DNA of 64,000 bases from Octopus vulgaris (GCA_951406725.2 OX597821.1:34658001-34722000), one strand, 5' to 3'. Numbered from the stretch's first letter, positions 27,249 to 39,888 are shown. Program-made: numbers and translations. The notes: generated by a model not told the origin, from the letters alone.

Positions 27249-27725
27249 ACACACACGCACAAACACTGGAGTTTATTCAGTCATGGTGATAGTAGGGTGT
27301 CTTTTTATAGCATAGATGACCACTAACATCACCGTTACTAGTGCTACTAATGTAGATGCAGTAGGACTATATTTTTAGATACCTATGTGCAATAGCATAT
27401 ATATATATATATATATATATATACTCATACATAAGTGAATGTTCATTACCCTAAATTTAATATTTAATATTGTTGTGGTTGTTGCTGTTTAGCTCATATC
27501 AATCTGCAAGAGGCATACTGCTTTTTCTTTTTTTTCCTTTTTTTCATTCATAATACAGTGTATCTAGGATCACATTATTTATTTAGGGTTTCCTTATTGA
27601 AAAAGTCTGGCTTAAGGAGATTGGGCTGTTATTTCTTGCAGATGGGTCTACCATGCAGAAGCCCAGTTTTCAGCATGACTGCCTCTTTCTGTCTGTCTCT
27701 TTCTGTCTCCCCCTATGCACTTTAT

Positions 27726-28035
27726 GTTGTTGTTTGTTCCTTCTCGAGCCATGCCTGGCTCATAAGGACTGATTTCCCGGTTTCTTGGCATATAGGTTCC
27801 CCACCTGGACGGGACGCCGGTCCGTCGCAGGTAAGCTGCAAGATGCAGGAGGAAAGAGTGCTGTGAGAAAGTTGTGGCGAAAGAGTCAGCAGAAGTTTTG
27901 CCATTACCTTCTGCCAGAGCCGCGTGGAGCTTAGGGGTTTTGCTCATAAACACACACATCGGCCGGTCTGAGATTCGATCCCGCAATCCCTCGACCGCAA
28001 GTCTGCTGCTCTAACCACTAGGCCATGTGCCTCCA
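27726..28035 (-). mobile_element. tRNA-derived SINE family E
   Basis: Minus strand: tggaggcacatggcctagtggttagagc (A box), gggatcgaatctc (B box), central cctgcgacggaccggcgtcccgtccagg, (AAC)n tail. Confidence 0.8.
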
Positions 28036-29527
28036 CTATGCACTTTATAGTGATACAGTTCTCAATTGTTCATACAATCTCTTCAGATATATCTACTTTG
28101 ATCACTCTTTAACTTTTCTCATCCTTTGCTCTCTCTCTCTCTCTCGTATCATTGGCTACCTTTTTGGGTTGTGCCTTAATGTAAGATGCCAAGACTGGAT
28201 AGAGGATGCTGTAAGTCCTGTGAGAAAATCTTGCTAGTGTTGCTTTCATGATAATAAAATACCCATGTTAGACATGTTTGGGTCTAATGAATCACCTGGT
28301 TCTATGCAACCACGTAGCACTTGGCTGCAATACACGCACTAGGGACTTAGACATTTATACAGATGCACGTGCACACACATACACACACACATTTACACAA
28401 CACTTGTCTCCATCCCAAATTTTTATTCCAGATGTTCAATACATCATTGAATTTCAATCTGTCTTACTGTTGAAATCACCAGCATCCATCACCATCATCA
28501 CCGACATAATTGTAATTCTAGTTAAGATACTACTCTTCATTTAAATCTCTCAGACAGTAACGATAGTTATTCAACCTCATAATTCTGCTCATACACACAT
28601 TTTATAATTTCGATCTAACTATTTATATCGTATGTCTACCTTACTCAGAATAGCTTGTTCTGTTATAAGGAAATTGGTTTATTTTACATAGGAAATCTTC
28701 ATCAATGTAAATGTTCATTTTGGGATATTGCAACCAAATTTACGCAAATACATTTTGACCTAATAAATATTCATAGATTCATTTCCGGTTCAGATATACC
28801 GTATGTCTGAAGTAGCCAGTGCTGCTATGTAGGAGTAAGTTTTGAAGAAACTAATTCCATAGCAGAGCAGTTTTAATTCCTAGTCCTTGTCAACTCACTT
28901 TACTGGCGTACCTCAACCGATGTCTGTAATGGTTCCCCAGCCATGCAACCTGACTTGAAAATCATGAAAAGAAAAAAAAAGACCTTTTTGAAAATTTATT
29001 AGCTTACACCTGTTTTAATAAATGGTTTTGTACATATTTTCACATGGATTATATTTGATTCTCTACTTCAATATTGGTTTGTAGGTGCTTTTTAAAAAAA
29101 CAAAAAAAAGTTTTTATGCTTTTAAATATGCTTGCTGAGACCATGTAAAGTCAGATAAATTGACTGAAGTTGAGATTTATTTTTTTCCATTGATTTCTTG
29201 AAAAAGAAAACTACATAACAAAAATGTAACTCGAAATGGTGAATGTTGAGGTATGCTTGCACTTATGACTGATGAAAATCCCATTATGGCCATATATTAC
29301 TTTGAAATCAGCTAAAATAAGTCAACAAAGATCCTCTATGTAGTCATTTAATCTGCTTGAAGCAGCAGTAAAATCTCCCTCAAATTATGCCTTAATATCT
29401 TAGAAGGAAAATATTGATTGAAGAAGATGATCGGTAATGTAATTCTTGAAGAGAAAAGGTGGATGGTCACTGTTTGAAAATCCTTTGAACTTGAGTCCAC
29501 TCAAGTAGGGCTCATCTAGGTCTAAAC

Positions 29528-29810
29528 CAGGGTTTGCTAACCTGAGGTTTGTGGGCCACATTTTTGGCCCTCTTGATACTATCTTGAAGTATTGTGTTCA
29601 ATTTCAAAATAAAATTGTGTAAAACATTCATAATAAATTTTAGCAATAAAGCAATAAAGCTATAGTCTACAATTTTAGAATTTTAAACAAACGAAAAGTA
29701 TGAAATATTCTTGATTCTGTAATTTGAATACATAAAGTATACAAGCAGCCCTCAAAAAACTTTCTGTGATTAAAATGGCCCCGCAATGTAATTCGAGTTG
29801 GCCAAGCCTG
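29528..29810. mobile_element. hAT (Charlie-like) MITE
   Basis: Imperfect TIRs cagggtttgctaac / gttggccaagcctg and a perfect 8-bp TSD gtctaaac (29520-29527, 29811-29818). Confidence 0.85.
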
Positions 29811-29874
29811 GTCTAAACCAACAACACCAACCAATTGAGAGATTGAAAATTTGTAATTCTGTTACCACTATTTT

Positions 29875-30433
29875 TACCCTTTAAGTATTTAAAATTACCC
29901 CGTTAACTGTAATGTTTAATTATTCACGTTGCTTTGAATTAATCATGCGTTATCTTGTAACTTCAAGATTTCAATGATGTGATTGTTTATTTTTAGAATA
30001 ACATTGTAGAGTAGGTGTGAGAGGTCAGATCTGGTTGGTTTGAATATAAAACAGGTCAAATACTTGGGCCAGATATGGCCAGTTTAAATGTTACAAAGTC
30101 AGAAAACAGCACAGCTCCCATGACTTTCGGAAACATTTTTTCACGCTAAGAGTTGCTGAAGCATGGAACAAACTGCCGGCATCAGTTGTTAGTTGTTGGA
30201 GCACTGCATACTTCAAAACTTTCATGCTTCCTGAGATTCACCAACACTACACTTGATTTTCTCCCCTCCATACACACACAAGCATGTATCTGACTCATAC
30301 ACTGTTCACTTTCCAGACATTTGTACATTACTGCATATGCTTTATACGCACTTTCTGACAAGTTGTGGTGCACCTGAGCACTGTATACAATAATTTCATT
30401 ATTATTATTATTATTATTATTTTAAAGGGTTAA
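29875..30433. mobile_element. piggyBac-type MITE interrupted by a LINE 3' end
   Basis: Termini accctttaag...taaagggttaa; body matches 46253-46478, ~20272-20565 and ~6833-7395. Confidence 0.65.
30092..30420 (+). mobile_element. 5'-truncated CR1/L2-clade LINE (ORF2 C-terminus, 3' UTR, (ATT)n tail)
   Basis: 30092-30256 translates YKVRKQHSSHDFRKHFFTLRVAEAWNKLPASVVSCWSTAYFK..., the FF..RV...WN.LP..VV...S...FK motif. Confidence 0.85.
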
Positions 30434-30666
30434 TGTAGCTGTATCTGAGATCCTCAATTCTTGACAGACTTGTTTTACACTATAACTGCTTTCTATTGGT
30501 AAATAATTCACTGATTAAATGATGACTGCTCTATCAAGTTGACTGGTGTTTTCTTAACAAGCATTGCTGTGTTGGAGCTTTCATATGGCACCTGAGCAGT
30601 CCATTAGAAGTCATTCACCCTTGAATTGCTTCCTGAAGGCTATATTCAGGAAGCAAATGATTCCTG

Positions 30667-31989
30667 AAACCAGTAAAAGAATGAAAAAATTCAGTTGCTA
30701 CAGGTGTAAATAATGTAAGAAGAAAACCACAATCATTCCACAGGCCTCACCCCTCGACATGATCACCACATAATTCTAAGATTAGGAAATTTCCAATCTC
30801 TTTCAGAAAACCTATGGTGTAAAGCACCACTTTTCATGATGCTTAGGATTAACAGAACTATTATCTTACAAAAGTTCCCTTCCAAAGTGCATGAAGTTGT
30901 GAAATTAGCAGAATTCCTTACAGTATATAATTACTTACCCATACATTTTGAGTTCAAATCCTGTCAGGCCATGGATGACTTAATCTTTCATCCAGAAATA
31001 ATGCACCAGTTATGTACTATAGTTGGTCCAGGCAACAAGAGTGGACAAGAAGAGAGAGACAGTGTGTATGTGTTAGAATTCTATAGCTTTATCACACCAC
31101 CAAAGGTTGAGTTTTTTTTTTTTAGATTCACTTGCATCACATTCCTGCTAATATCTGCTAATTCCTTCCCAAGGCACATTTCTCTTCATTCATCCAACAA
31201 TTCTTTATCCATATCCTTTAGGGTAAAAGTAGATACTTTCAACTCCAGATTACAAAGAAGACATTGCAAGTGAGAAGCATTATCTTCACTAACAGCACTG
31301 ATAGGTATTAGTATATGTCATAGTATAGACGTGTGTTGCCAGTAATTTGAGCTTTTGTGATTGTAGATATTTCATTTCATATTATTAATGGCTTCGTATT
31401 ATTCATGGTTGGAGTTCAAGGAATTGATGAAACATCAGAGGATTACTTTTCATTGATTCTCTTTAATTACAAGTGATTGTGTTTATGCAAAGATGATGTT
31501 ATCATCATGTTGTCTTTCAGCCTCAGGTCAACCATGATCAAGCAAGGCACATGGCGAAAGACATTCTAACCATGACCATACTGTCTTTTTGTTGGACAGG
31601 GGCATTTAAGGCTATTTAATTCATTTTTTCCTTTTTATCAAGGCAGCACAGTCAGGTGTGATTTGAGGGAGGTTTCACTGTTATTTCTTGCAAGTTGAGT
31701 AATAAGTTAGTGGTGATTGTGATATAGTAGATAATGACAGTGTTATGTAGCTGAAACATCAGAGTGTGATTTGAGGAAGAACTGGCTCTTATTTCTAGCA
31801 TGTGGCCACATATATAGTCCCTTGTTTGGTGCTTTACACCATAGGTTTCCTGAAAGAGATTGGACATTTCCTAATCTTAGAATTATGTGGTGATCATGTC
31901 GAGGGGTGAGGCCTGTGGAGTGATTGTGGTTTTCTTCTTACGTCATTTACACCTGTAGCAACTGAATTTTTTCATTCTTTTACTGGTTT
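30667..31989. repeat. 163-bp inverted repeat pair (30667-30829 / 31827-31989)
   Basis: Arms align with ~5 mismatches by manual comparison; spacer ~1 kb. Confidence 0.95.
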
Positions 31990-32206
31990 TATTTCAATCA
32001 CTGGACACGGTAGCCATGCTGGGATGCCACCACAAGGGGTTTTAGGACTTTTGTCTTATACCATTTTGTCAGCCTCAGGAATAAACGTCTACTGGGTGTT
32101 TAGGTGTAAGACAAGGCAACCATGCGGGATTGAAATGCAAGAATGCATTTTCTTTCTGATGCACATTTAAGAAATTTTTTTACATCTAATGCCAACATAA
32201 ACTCAC

Positions 32207-32246
<40 letters not shown>

Positions 32247-33205
32247 ACTCACTCTATCACTCTATCACTCACTCACACACACATACATAAACAACAATAA
32301 GAACATATTGTTTAGGTCCCTCCCTACCCAAGTCAGCCCTGATCACATAAACTTCAGTTCAGCTATCTCGATCATGATAATTTTTTTTTTTTTTGAAGTA
32401 TAGTGTATCTTGGACAATATTATTAAATGTATCCCCACCCCTTTTTATTTTTAAAGCTGGTAGGATGTAATTTGCAGATTCATCCACTGTTTCTGACAGT
32501 TTGTGACCCTGTAGAGGCTAGTCTTAGAAATTTATGAGAGGACATATGATTGTTAAATGCTACTCTCTTCCATAATCAGTTTGACTTAAATTATATTCTT
32601 TGAGGAGTAACAAGTGGAATTTTGTACCCTTTTCCATTGCCATTGATGTGTATGCCAGAAAACATAGTATGTTTGTTTGTTTGCTTGTGGGTCTTACTTG
32701 TACGAATCAAAGGTATGGACACTATATTGGAAACAAGTTTAAAAAACAACAAAAACTGCCTGCATTTATTATGAGATACCTAAGACAGATCATGAATATA
32801 ATGACAAGTACAGAACAGAAAACTGGTTTGTGTATGGTCCAAAGAATGGGTGGGTGGGGGGAAGACTCAATTATCGAGGCACTTGCGCTACATACAGCTG
32901 GCTAGCAGTATGGCAAATCAAGATAGTCCCTCTGCAACACACATACAAAAGAAAAAAAAAGACCCACAGAAATACATGAATGTGGAGACTGAGCATTGAC
33001 ACAGCTGCTCTGGACTGAGACCAGTAGTGGAGAACAATCTAGTTTTAATACTACAACCCTTAATTTACATATAAAAGTCATCAGTTACTATTAGCACATC
33101 GCCTATGAGGATGTATATATATATATGTACATGTATGTATGTATATATATATATATATATATGTGTGCTTATATCCTGTGTTAAATAAAATAAAAAGAAA
33201 GTGTC

Positions 33206-33244
<39 letters not shown>

Positions 33245-33276
33245 ACACTTTTCTTTTATTTAACACAGGATGTTAA

Positions 33277-33572
33277 TCATCGTCATCATCATCGTCGTTT
33301 AGCGTCCGTTTTCCGTGCTAGCATGGGTTGGATGGTTCAACTGGGGTCTGGGAAGCCAGAAGGCTTGCACCTGGCCCAGTCTGATCTGGCAGTGTTTCTA
33401 CAGCTGGATTCCCTTCCTAACGCCAACCACTCCGTGAGTGTAGTGGGTGCTTTTTACGTGCCACCAGCACAGAGGCCTGTCGGAGCGGCACTGGCAACGT
33501 CCATGTTCAGATGGTTCTCTTACGTGCCACCGGCACTAGTATCACAACTACAATTTCCATTGATTTTGATTG

Positions 33573-33573
<1 letters not shown>
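33277..33573 (-). mobile_element. Retroposon family C
   Basis: Reverse complement of the 13124 copy. Confidence 0.8.
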
Positions 33574-33611
<38 letters not shown>

Positions 33612-33892
33612 TAGACAGATAGATAGATACATGTGTGTCTGTGGTTCAAAGGTACAGAGTAGAAAAGGCAAAGACAGGTGAGGGAACAAGAAGCAGGTGT
33701 ATTAATTTGATGCTTGAGTAAAATGGAAAAGTCTTTGACATTTCGAGCCTACACTCGTAGACGGAAAGGGATGAGAGGAAAAAAAAATGGAGAGAAAGAA
33801 AAGAAATGTCTGGATTAATGATTCCACGTGTGTATGTATATATAAATATGTATTTGTACGCATGTATATATAAATATATGTATACATATATA

Positions 33893-34112
33893 AGGTGGCG
33901 AGCTGGCAGAATCTTTAGCACGACGGGCAAAATGCTCAGCGGTATTTCGTCTGCTGTTATGTTCTGAGTTCAAATTCCACCAAGGTCGACTTTGCCTTTC
34001 ATCCTTTCAGGGTCGATTAAATAAGTACCAGTTATGCACTGGAGTCGATGTAATCGACTTAATCCCTTTGTGTGTCCCCTCTGTGTTTAGCCCCATGTGG
34101 GAAATAAAATTA
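33893..34112 (+). mobile_element. SINE family B, near full length
   Basis: Colinear with the 45044 copy. Confidence 0.85.
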
Positions 34113-34127
34113 AAATATATATATGGG

Positions 34128-34298
34128 GGGAGAGTTTATGAAAAAAAACAACAAAAGACGAAGACAGGTGATGTACAAAACAAACAGATGTATTAGTATA
34201 ACGCTCAGGAATAGAAAAAGTCTTTTACGTTTCGAGTGTACACTCTTCTACAGAAAGGAACACAGAAAACAAGGAGAGAAAAAAATGTGTGTAGTGGC
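34128..34298 (-). mobile_element. Penelope-terminal-like repeat (family F)
   Basis: Same sequence as 23706-23911; a diverged relative lies at ~33655-33810. Confidence 0.55.
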
Positions 34299-35525
34299 AA
34301 GGCAGCAGTCAAAATGGTTGAAACAAGTAAAAGAATGTATCATTATCCTCATCATATATAATGCACACACAGTAGTAAAAAAATTATGAAGCATGAAAGC
34401 TGGTGTGTTTTCATGAAATGAGAAATGGAAGAGCTGTGAGATCCATACCTTTCTCAAGAATAGCAAAGTATGTAGGACCATCTCCAAAGAAAATCAAAGC
34501 TGGATTGCTGGCTTCTTTGAGATTTGATCTCACGATCTAGAGGAACAAAATTAAGTAGTCGAATAAAATAAACTAATAAATGTTTTCAAATTGCACCGAT
34601 GATATAACGACCAAATCTTCCTAAAATCACCCTCGGAAGAAAACATGGGTTAACGTAGGGGTAAATGTTTCATCTGGAATATAAAAGTAGGTCTTTTGGA
34701 TCAGGGCTGACTTGTAAGCTAAGCAACATATGCTCTGGGAGCAGTAACAATAAAAAGAATGTTTCCATAATATTAATATTGATTCAGAATATATAGATAG
34801 GAGATTAACCTCCATCTCTATTGGCTGCCACCCTCTGATGGGTTAAAGATTTTGTATCCTTGATATCTGATTGAATCAAGGACAGGGTTGAATGACCTGC
34901 TCAATGAGCCAATGAAAGACCTGTAATACATAACCTATGAGGTGATTGAATATTCATCCGTTTTATGTCTAAAGCGGCAGTGATTAATTTGTTGCCCAGT
35001 TGAACACTACCATGTGCCTTTGGGTGTCTTCAGTGAAATACATTGTTGCAGGCATTACAAGCCAGATCTGAAAAATAATTTCCTCTATTCCTTTCACAAG
35101 TCTTGAAAAATGGTAGAATAAATCTCTATTAGTCAAATTCATAACCTAGTTACAACTGGATGTTTGAATAGCTTTACTTTAGCTGAGGCATTACAACACA
35201 GCCGCTAACAGAGACGAGGAGCTAACAACAGACCCCTGATGTGTTTTCTTTACCTGTTGAAAATAAGAGCCAAATCTCTGTCAAATTACATCATACTAAA
35301 GTCTTATGATAACTTCCTTCCAACCATTAAGGAGATTCTGAAAATAGTCACTGAGGCTGCTTCCTCTTCTGAAAGAGCCATTAAACAGGAAAAGAAAATG
35401 GACATATTGTGTAATATAGTTTGATGTCTGATAAATAGAGAGTATGGACACAGCTGACACATTTTAGATTATAGGTCTGTTCAATTAGGCTTGATATGTA
35501 ACTAATGAGAAAAAAAAAACCGAAT

Positions 35526-36071
35526 CTTTTCGGTTTGAATGGCAGTTTTTAACATAATTTCTAGGTAACTAAAAAATTTTAAACTTCGAATACTGGTAGA
35601 ATGTGTTTATAAAACATTTTTTTCTCTTGGCTTTATTGAGAAAATTCTATAGTTTGTAAGATACTTGTTTTTTTTTTCTTCAATTTCTGCAATTTCAACC
35701 AATCAAATACGTCCATTGGGGTAAAAAGCATTCTGTGCCGTATGAATATGTCCCTCGTTCAAGAAACAGATTGGGTTTATTTACATTTGTGAAAAAAAAA
35801 GATACCCTTCCCCTCACCCCTAACCCTAACCCTAAAACAGATTGAAATGCAATATATCGATTCTAGGGTCATAATTATGGGTGACAATTTCATATGACAC
35901 TGCTAGAGAAAATGACAGTTTTTTCTAGCGGTGTCATATGAAAATTTTAAACTTCGTATACTGGTAGAATGTGTTTATAAAACATCTTTTTCTCATGGCT
36001 TTATTGAGAAAATTCTCAATAAAGCCAGTTACTTAGAAATTATGTTAAAAACTGCCATTCAAACCGAAAAG
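35526..36071. mobile_element. Rearranged non-autonomous DNA transposon with ~45-bp inverted ends and internal (CCCTAA)n
   Basis: 35526-35570 is inverted at 36027-36071; internal palindromes at 35888-35943 and 35996-36027; direct repeat ~35574-35648 / 35941-36016. Confidence 0.75.
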
Positions 36072-37084
36072 CTCTCCTACCTATTGGATTTATAACTGGA
36101 CCCCCATATGTTCTAAATTGTACAACAGCAGCAATGACTAAATGGCAGAGATTAGCATGTTCAATTCTTATATCCATTTTCATTGGAGGAAACATATTTG
36201 TAGTTTCTTTTTAAGTAGATTTATAATTTTTTTTTTCCTTTGTGTTTATTCTTTTGTTTTTCATGCTTGCATGGGTGTTTTGGTTTCTCACGCCAATTAT
36301 TTGAAAAGCCAATCCCAATGATCATAGCCTGTTTGGATTCCTGGCAGAACATAAGCTCCCCACAACTATCTTTGGGTGTGTTCCATCTGTGTTTTCTTTT
36401 TTCACTTGGTTCTGTGTTATTCCAATCATCTTCAATTTATTTCGTTGGCCAATTTCTGCTCTATGATGCTTGGGTATCCAGAATCCAAGAGTTTCCTTGC
36501 TGGCCCTTTCTCAGGTTACACACGCACTTGAAATGAGCTGGTATAACTCAGAATGGTTAGTGAACATAAAGTTGGACAACTAAGTCCACCAACAATATGC
36601 TAAATAGCTGACACGATGAATTCTAATTTTTGAAATTAAATTTGAGAGAAGGTAAACAAACACTTAGCAGTAATTGCAACTGATGCTGAATGAGAAAGAG
36701 AGATAAGTTCAAGGAGTTGACATATATATAAGGTGACCGACTGGCCATGTCATTAGCCTAGTGGATAAATGACTTTATAGTAATTGTTCTGGTTCTCTCT
36801 ACTCTCAGTTCAAATCCACTCATGGTCAACTTTGATTTTCATCCTCTCTGGGTCGATTACGTTCCTTTTTTGTTCTGGGGTTGATTTTCCTCTTACTCTT
36901 TCTGTTGGACTTTCTGGAATATGCCAGGTTTAAGAAATGCTCACAACACATATGTCACAGCAATGCCTTTAGACTCTATGAAAATAAGAGTAAGGTACTC
37001 ACTCACACACACACATTATATGGGGGTGGGAGTTGGAATCTGTTTATTTATTTTAAACATTATGTAATACATATATTTATATAC

Positions 37085-37119
37085 TTATTTTTTATTTTTT
37101 TTATTTTTTTGTGTTTCAG
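37085..37119 (+). promoter_or_regulatory. 3' splice acceptor of the G-gamma coding exon
   Basis: T-rich tract ending gtgtttcAG at 37118-37119, 8 nt before the ATG; implies at least one upstream exon. Confidence 0.8.
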
Positions 37120-37127
37120 AATTCAAG

Positions 37128-37340
37128 ATGAACAAGCTGCAAGAAGGGCTGCAACAGCAACGGAAAATTGTAGAGCAGCTGCGCCTGGAAGCTGCCATTA
37201 ACCGGATGCGAGTGTCCGAGTGCATAGAAGATATCAAGAAATTCACGGACACGCGTCTAGAGGAGGATTATTTAATTAAAGGCTTCCCTCGACCTGGTGA
37301 CAACCCGTTTAAAGAGAAAGGCAGCTGTACAATATTGTAA
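37128..37340 (+). CDS. Ggamma1: Heterotrimeric G-protein gamma subunit (protostome Ggamma1-like), single coding exon
   Basis: MNKLQEGLQQQRKIVEQLRLEAAINRMRVSECIEDIKKFTDTRLEEDYLIKGFPRPGDNPFKEKGSCTIL: GGL-domain pattern (VEQLR.EA.I.R..VSE, EDYL..G, NPF.EK) and C-terminal CaaX (CTIL, geranylgeranylation type); 70 aa is typical; A at -3 of the ATG. Confidence 0.96.
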   Translation: MNKLQEGLQQQRKIVEQLRLEAAINRMRVSECIEDIKKFTDTRLEEDYLIKGFPRPGDNPFKEKGSCTIL

Positions 37341-37822
37341 GGGTGACCATTTAGTGTTCCTACTTACGAACACTCACTTACGCACACACACACACAGACA
37401 CACATACACACATACAAACATGCATACACACACTCAGATATACATACACGCATATGCATACAAGTATTCAATATACATTGATAAGTTGTCTACCAAAATA
37501 TTTGCATCGTTAAAAAAAATTTTAAATGAAACCAAAAAAGAAAAGAGTAAAAAAGATTTAAATAAAAATCAATCCCCCAAAAATATTTTATTATGATGCA
37601 AATAGAAAATGAAGATAACAAAAAAAAAGGTTTCTAAAAGGCGTCAAGGCTTTGGGTTTAGTCTAAACCCACGGGAGCCAAATCACCCTCTCCTCACTTG
37701 AGAATATTAAGAGACAACTCTTACAAAAGGTAACATTCATTTTGTATCATGGAAAAATAAAAAAAAAAATAAAAATAAGAAAAAAAAAACAAAGAACCAT
37801 TAATGGAACAGAACCTTAACTT

Positions 37823-38240
37823 CTAAAATGCCACTCGTCAATGTTTGTTATAGGTGCAACACTGTCGGTCACGTTTATTGGGGAAAAGTCTATTCGGTCA
37901 AATGCCATTGGCCATATCTTGGATATAAAGCTATTCTCAAGATATCTCAGCGATAAAATGCAAATGCCATTGGTCAGTGTTTTGCTTCTACTGAAATGTC
38001 ATTGGCCAAGTGTTTTGTCTGCTGAAATGCCATTGGTTAAATTTTTTTTTATTATTATAATTTTTTTTTTTTTTTTTTTTTTTTGGTTTCCCTGCTGTGA
38101 TGCCATTGGAAGCAGTCTTTGCTTAAAATTGCCCATTGGCCAGTGTTTCGTTTCTGCTGTAATGTCATTGGTTAGTGTTATTTCTTGCTGAGTTCTCTCC
38201 CGTCGGTGAACCCTGGCTTGAAATGTTGTTGGCTAGTGTC
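37823..38240 (+). repeat. Degenerate ~30-nt motif array in the presumed G-gamma 3' UTR
   Basis: About 8-9 copies of (CTGCTG)AAATGYCATTGGYYAGTGTTTT near 37825, 37900, 37962, 37994, 38025, 38100, 38131, 38161, 38221. Confidence 0.75.
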
Positions 38241-38629
38241 TCATTACAGCAGAAATGAGTGAAATATTTAAATTAAAAGAATGAAAAAGAAAAAAAAAAA
38301 CAAAAAAAAACAAAAAATGGTAACAACAAGTTAACAAACTGCCTATTGTTTTGTGCTGTTTCCATAGATATTGTATGCATTCTTTAATCCCTTTTAGCTA
38401 ATTATTCTTCCTTTTTTTTTTTCTCTCCCTTTCTTATTCATTCCCCTTCCTTTCATCTCATTACTCCCTCTTTCTCTCTTCCCCTCTTTCTCCTTCTCTC
38501 TTCATTATTTTGAGTTTTATCTCTCATTCATGACTGCTTCTAATATTTTCTAATTTCTTTTTTTTGTTTGTTTGTAATTAAGATTTCATTATCTGTCTAT
38601 AGCTTCATACTATCAGTTTCTCATTAAAA

Positions 38630-38920
<291 letters not shown>

Positions 38921-39823
38921 ATATTCCTCTAGTTGTTTTGTTCTTCATTCTCTCTATCTTCACATCACCTACTACTTTTTTTCTTTGTTTCTTTCATTCA
39001 TTGTGTGTGTTTTACCCCTCTCATCTACCATACCATCATATGGTACAATTTGATACATGATGAGTAATTTTTAGTCATCTTGGATATTAGGAAGGCAGAA
39101 GCTGAAATAATTGGGCAAAAAATTAAATTATCTCATACATAAAGAAAACATTTTGAAAAAATGAACGGAAAATATTCTAAGCTTTTTACTATATTAATTT
39201 TTACTAAACCATTAATAAAACAGCTAACTTAATAAATCTCTGTTAAAAGTGACTTAGTTTAAATGTTTAAATTCAGTGAGAGAAAATGCTTCAGTATTCT
39301 CAATGTGAAGTAAGTTAAACAGTGTGCATATTTGTGAATGTGTGTGTGTGTGTGTGTGTGTTTATTTTGTATATTTGTTCTTAATAAACCTCTTTAAATG
39401 CCCAACAAAAATTTTGAGTGGCTAGGTTTAATGTTTGTGTCTGTCGGTGTGTATGTATGTATGTATGTGAGTGTGTGTGTTTTGATAGTAACTTGTTAAA
39501 ATACCCATCATCAACAGGAACGTGTGGTGTAACAAGTGGTAACTATCATTTGAAAGCGTTTGCCTCTGTTTGTCTTATAAGGTTTTTTATGCTTGTTCAA
39601 ATTGTCCGACAGCTGTTTCAAGTTGTGGCTTTGTGTGCAAGGGAGAAAGACAGACTTAAAAAAATATGAAATAATACTACTAATAATAATGATTCTATTC
39701 AAATTTCCAGCAACGAGAAATACAAGAGGTTTCTCTATCCCCTTCTAAATTTTTCTCCTCCTCCTCCTACCTCCTGCTGCCTCCTCCTCCTGTATTTTTT
39801 TCTCCTGTCTTTTGTGTGCTTAG

Positions 39824-39888
39824 TCCGTGTGGAGATAAGGTTTCCGTGTTTGTCACTCTCTGGTCAGACTCTCCATTGCCTGATATTG
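39824..39888 (+). other. Candidate internal exon downstream of G-gamma
   Basis: ~94-nt AG-free pyrimidine tract ending gcttAG (39822-39823); donor-like G|GTTAGT at 39889; open in phase 1 (VRVEIRFPCLSLSGQTLHCLIL) and phase 2 (PCGDKVSVFVTLWSDSPLPDI). Confidence 0.25.

Larger units (their letters stand above)
23364..29432. repeat. 182-bp direct duplication (23364-23545 / 29251-29432)
   Basis: acttatgactgatgaaaatcc...gattgaagaagatgatc occurs twice with few substitutions. Confidence 0.9.

Noticed and set aside
27960-28035. tRNA-like sequence with A and B boxes (also the heads of families A, B and D)
   Set aside because: No complete cloverleaf; continuous with SINE bodies.
35811-35835. (CCCTAA)n telomeric repeat
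   Set aside because: Only about three units, internal to a transposon-derived element; not a telomere.
36881-37201. 106-aa ORF overlapping G-gamma in another frame
   Set aside because: Starts in SINE/intron sequence and crosses the polypyrimidine tract; no recognisable domain. Only relevant if the 37120 acceptor were used in phase 2.
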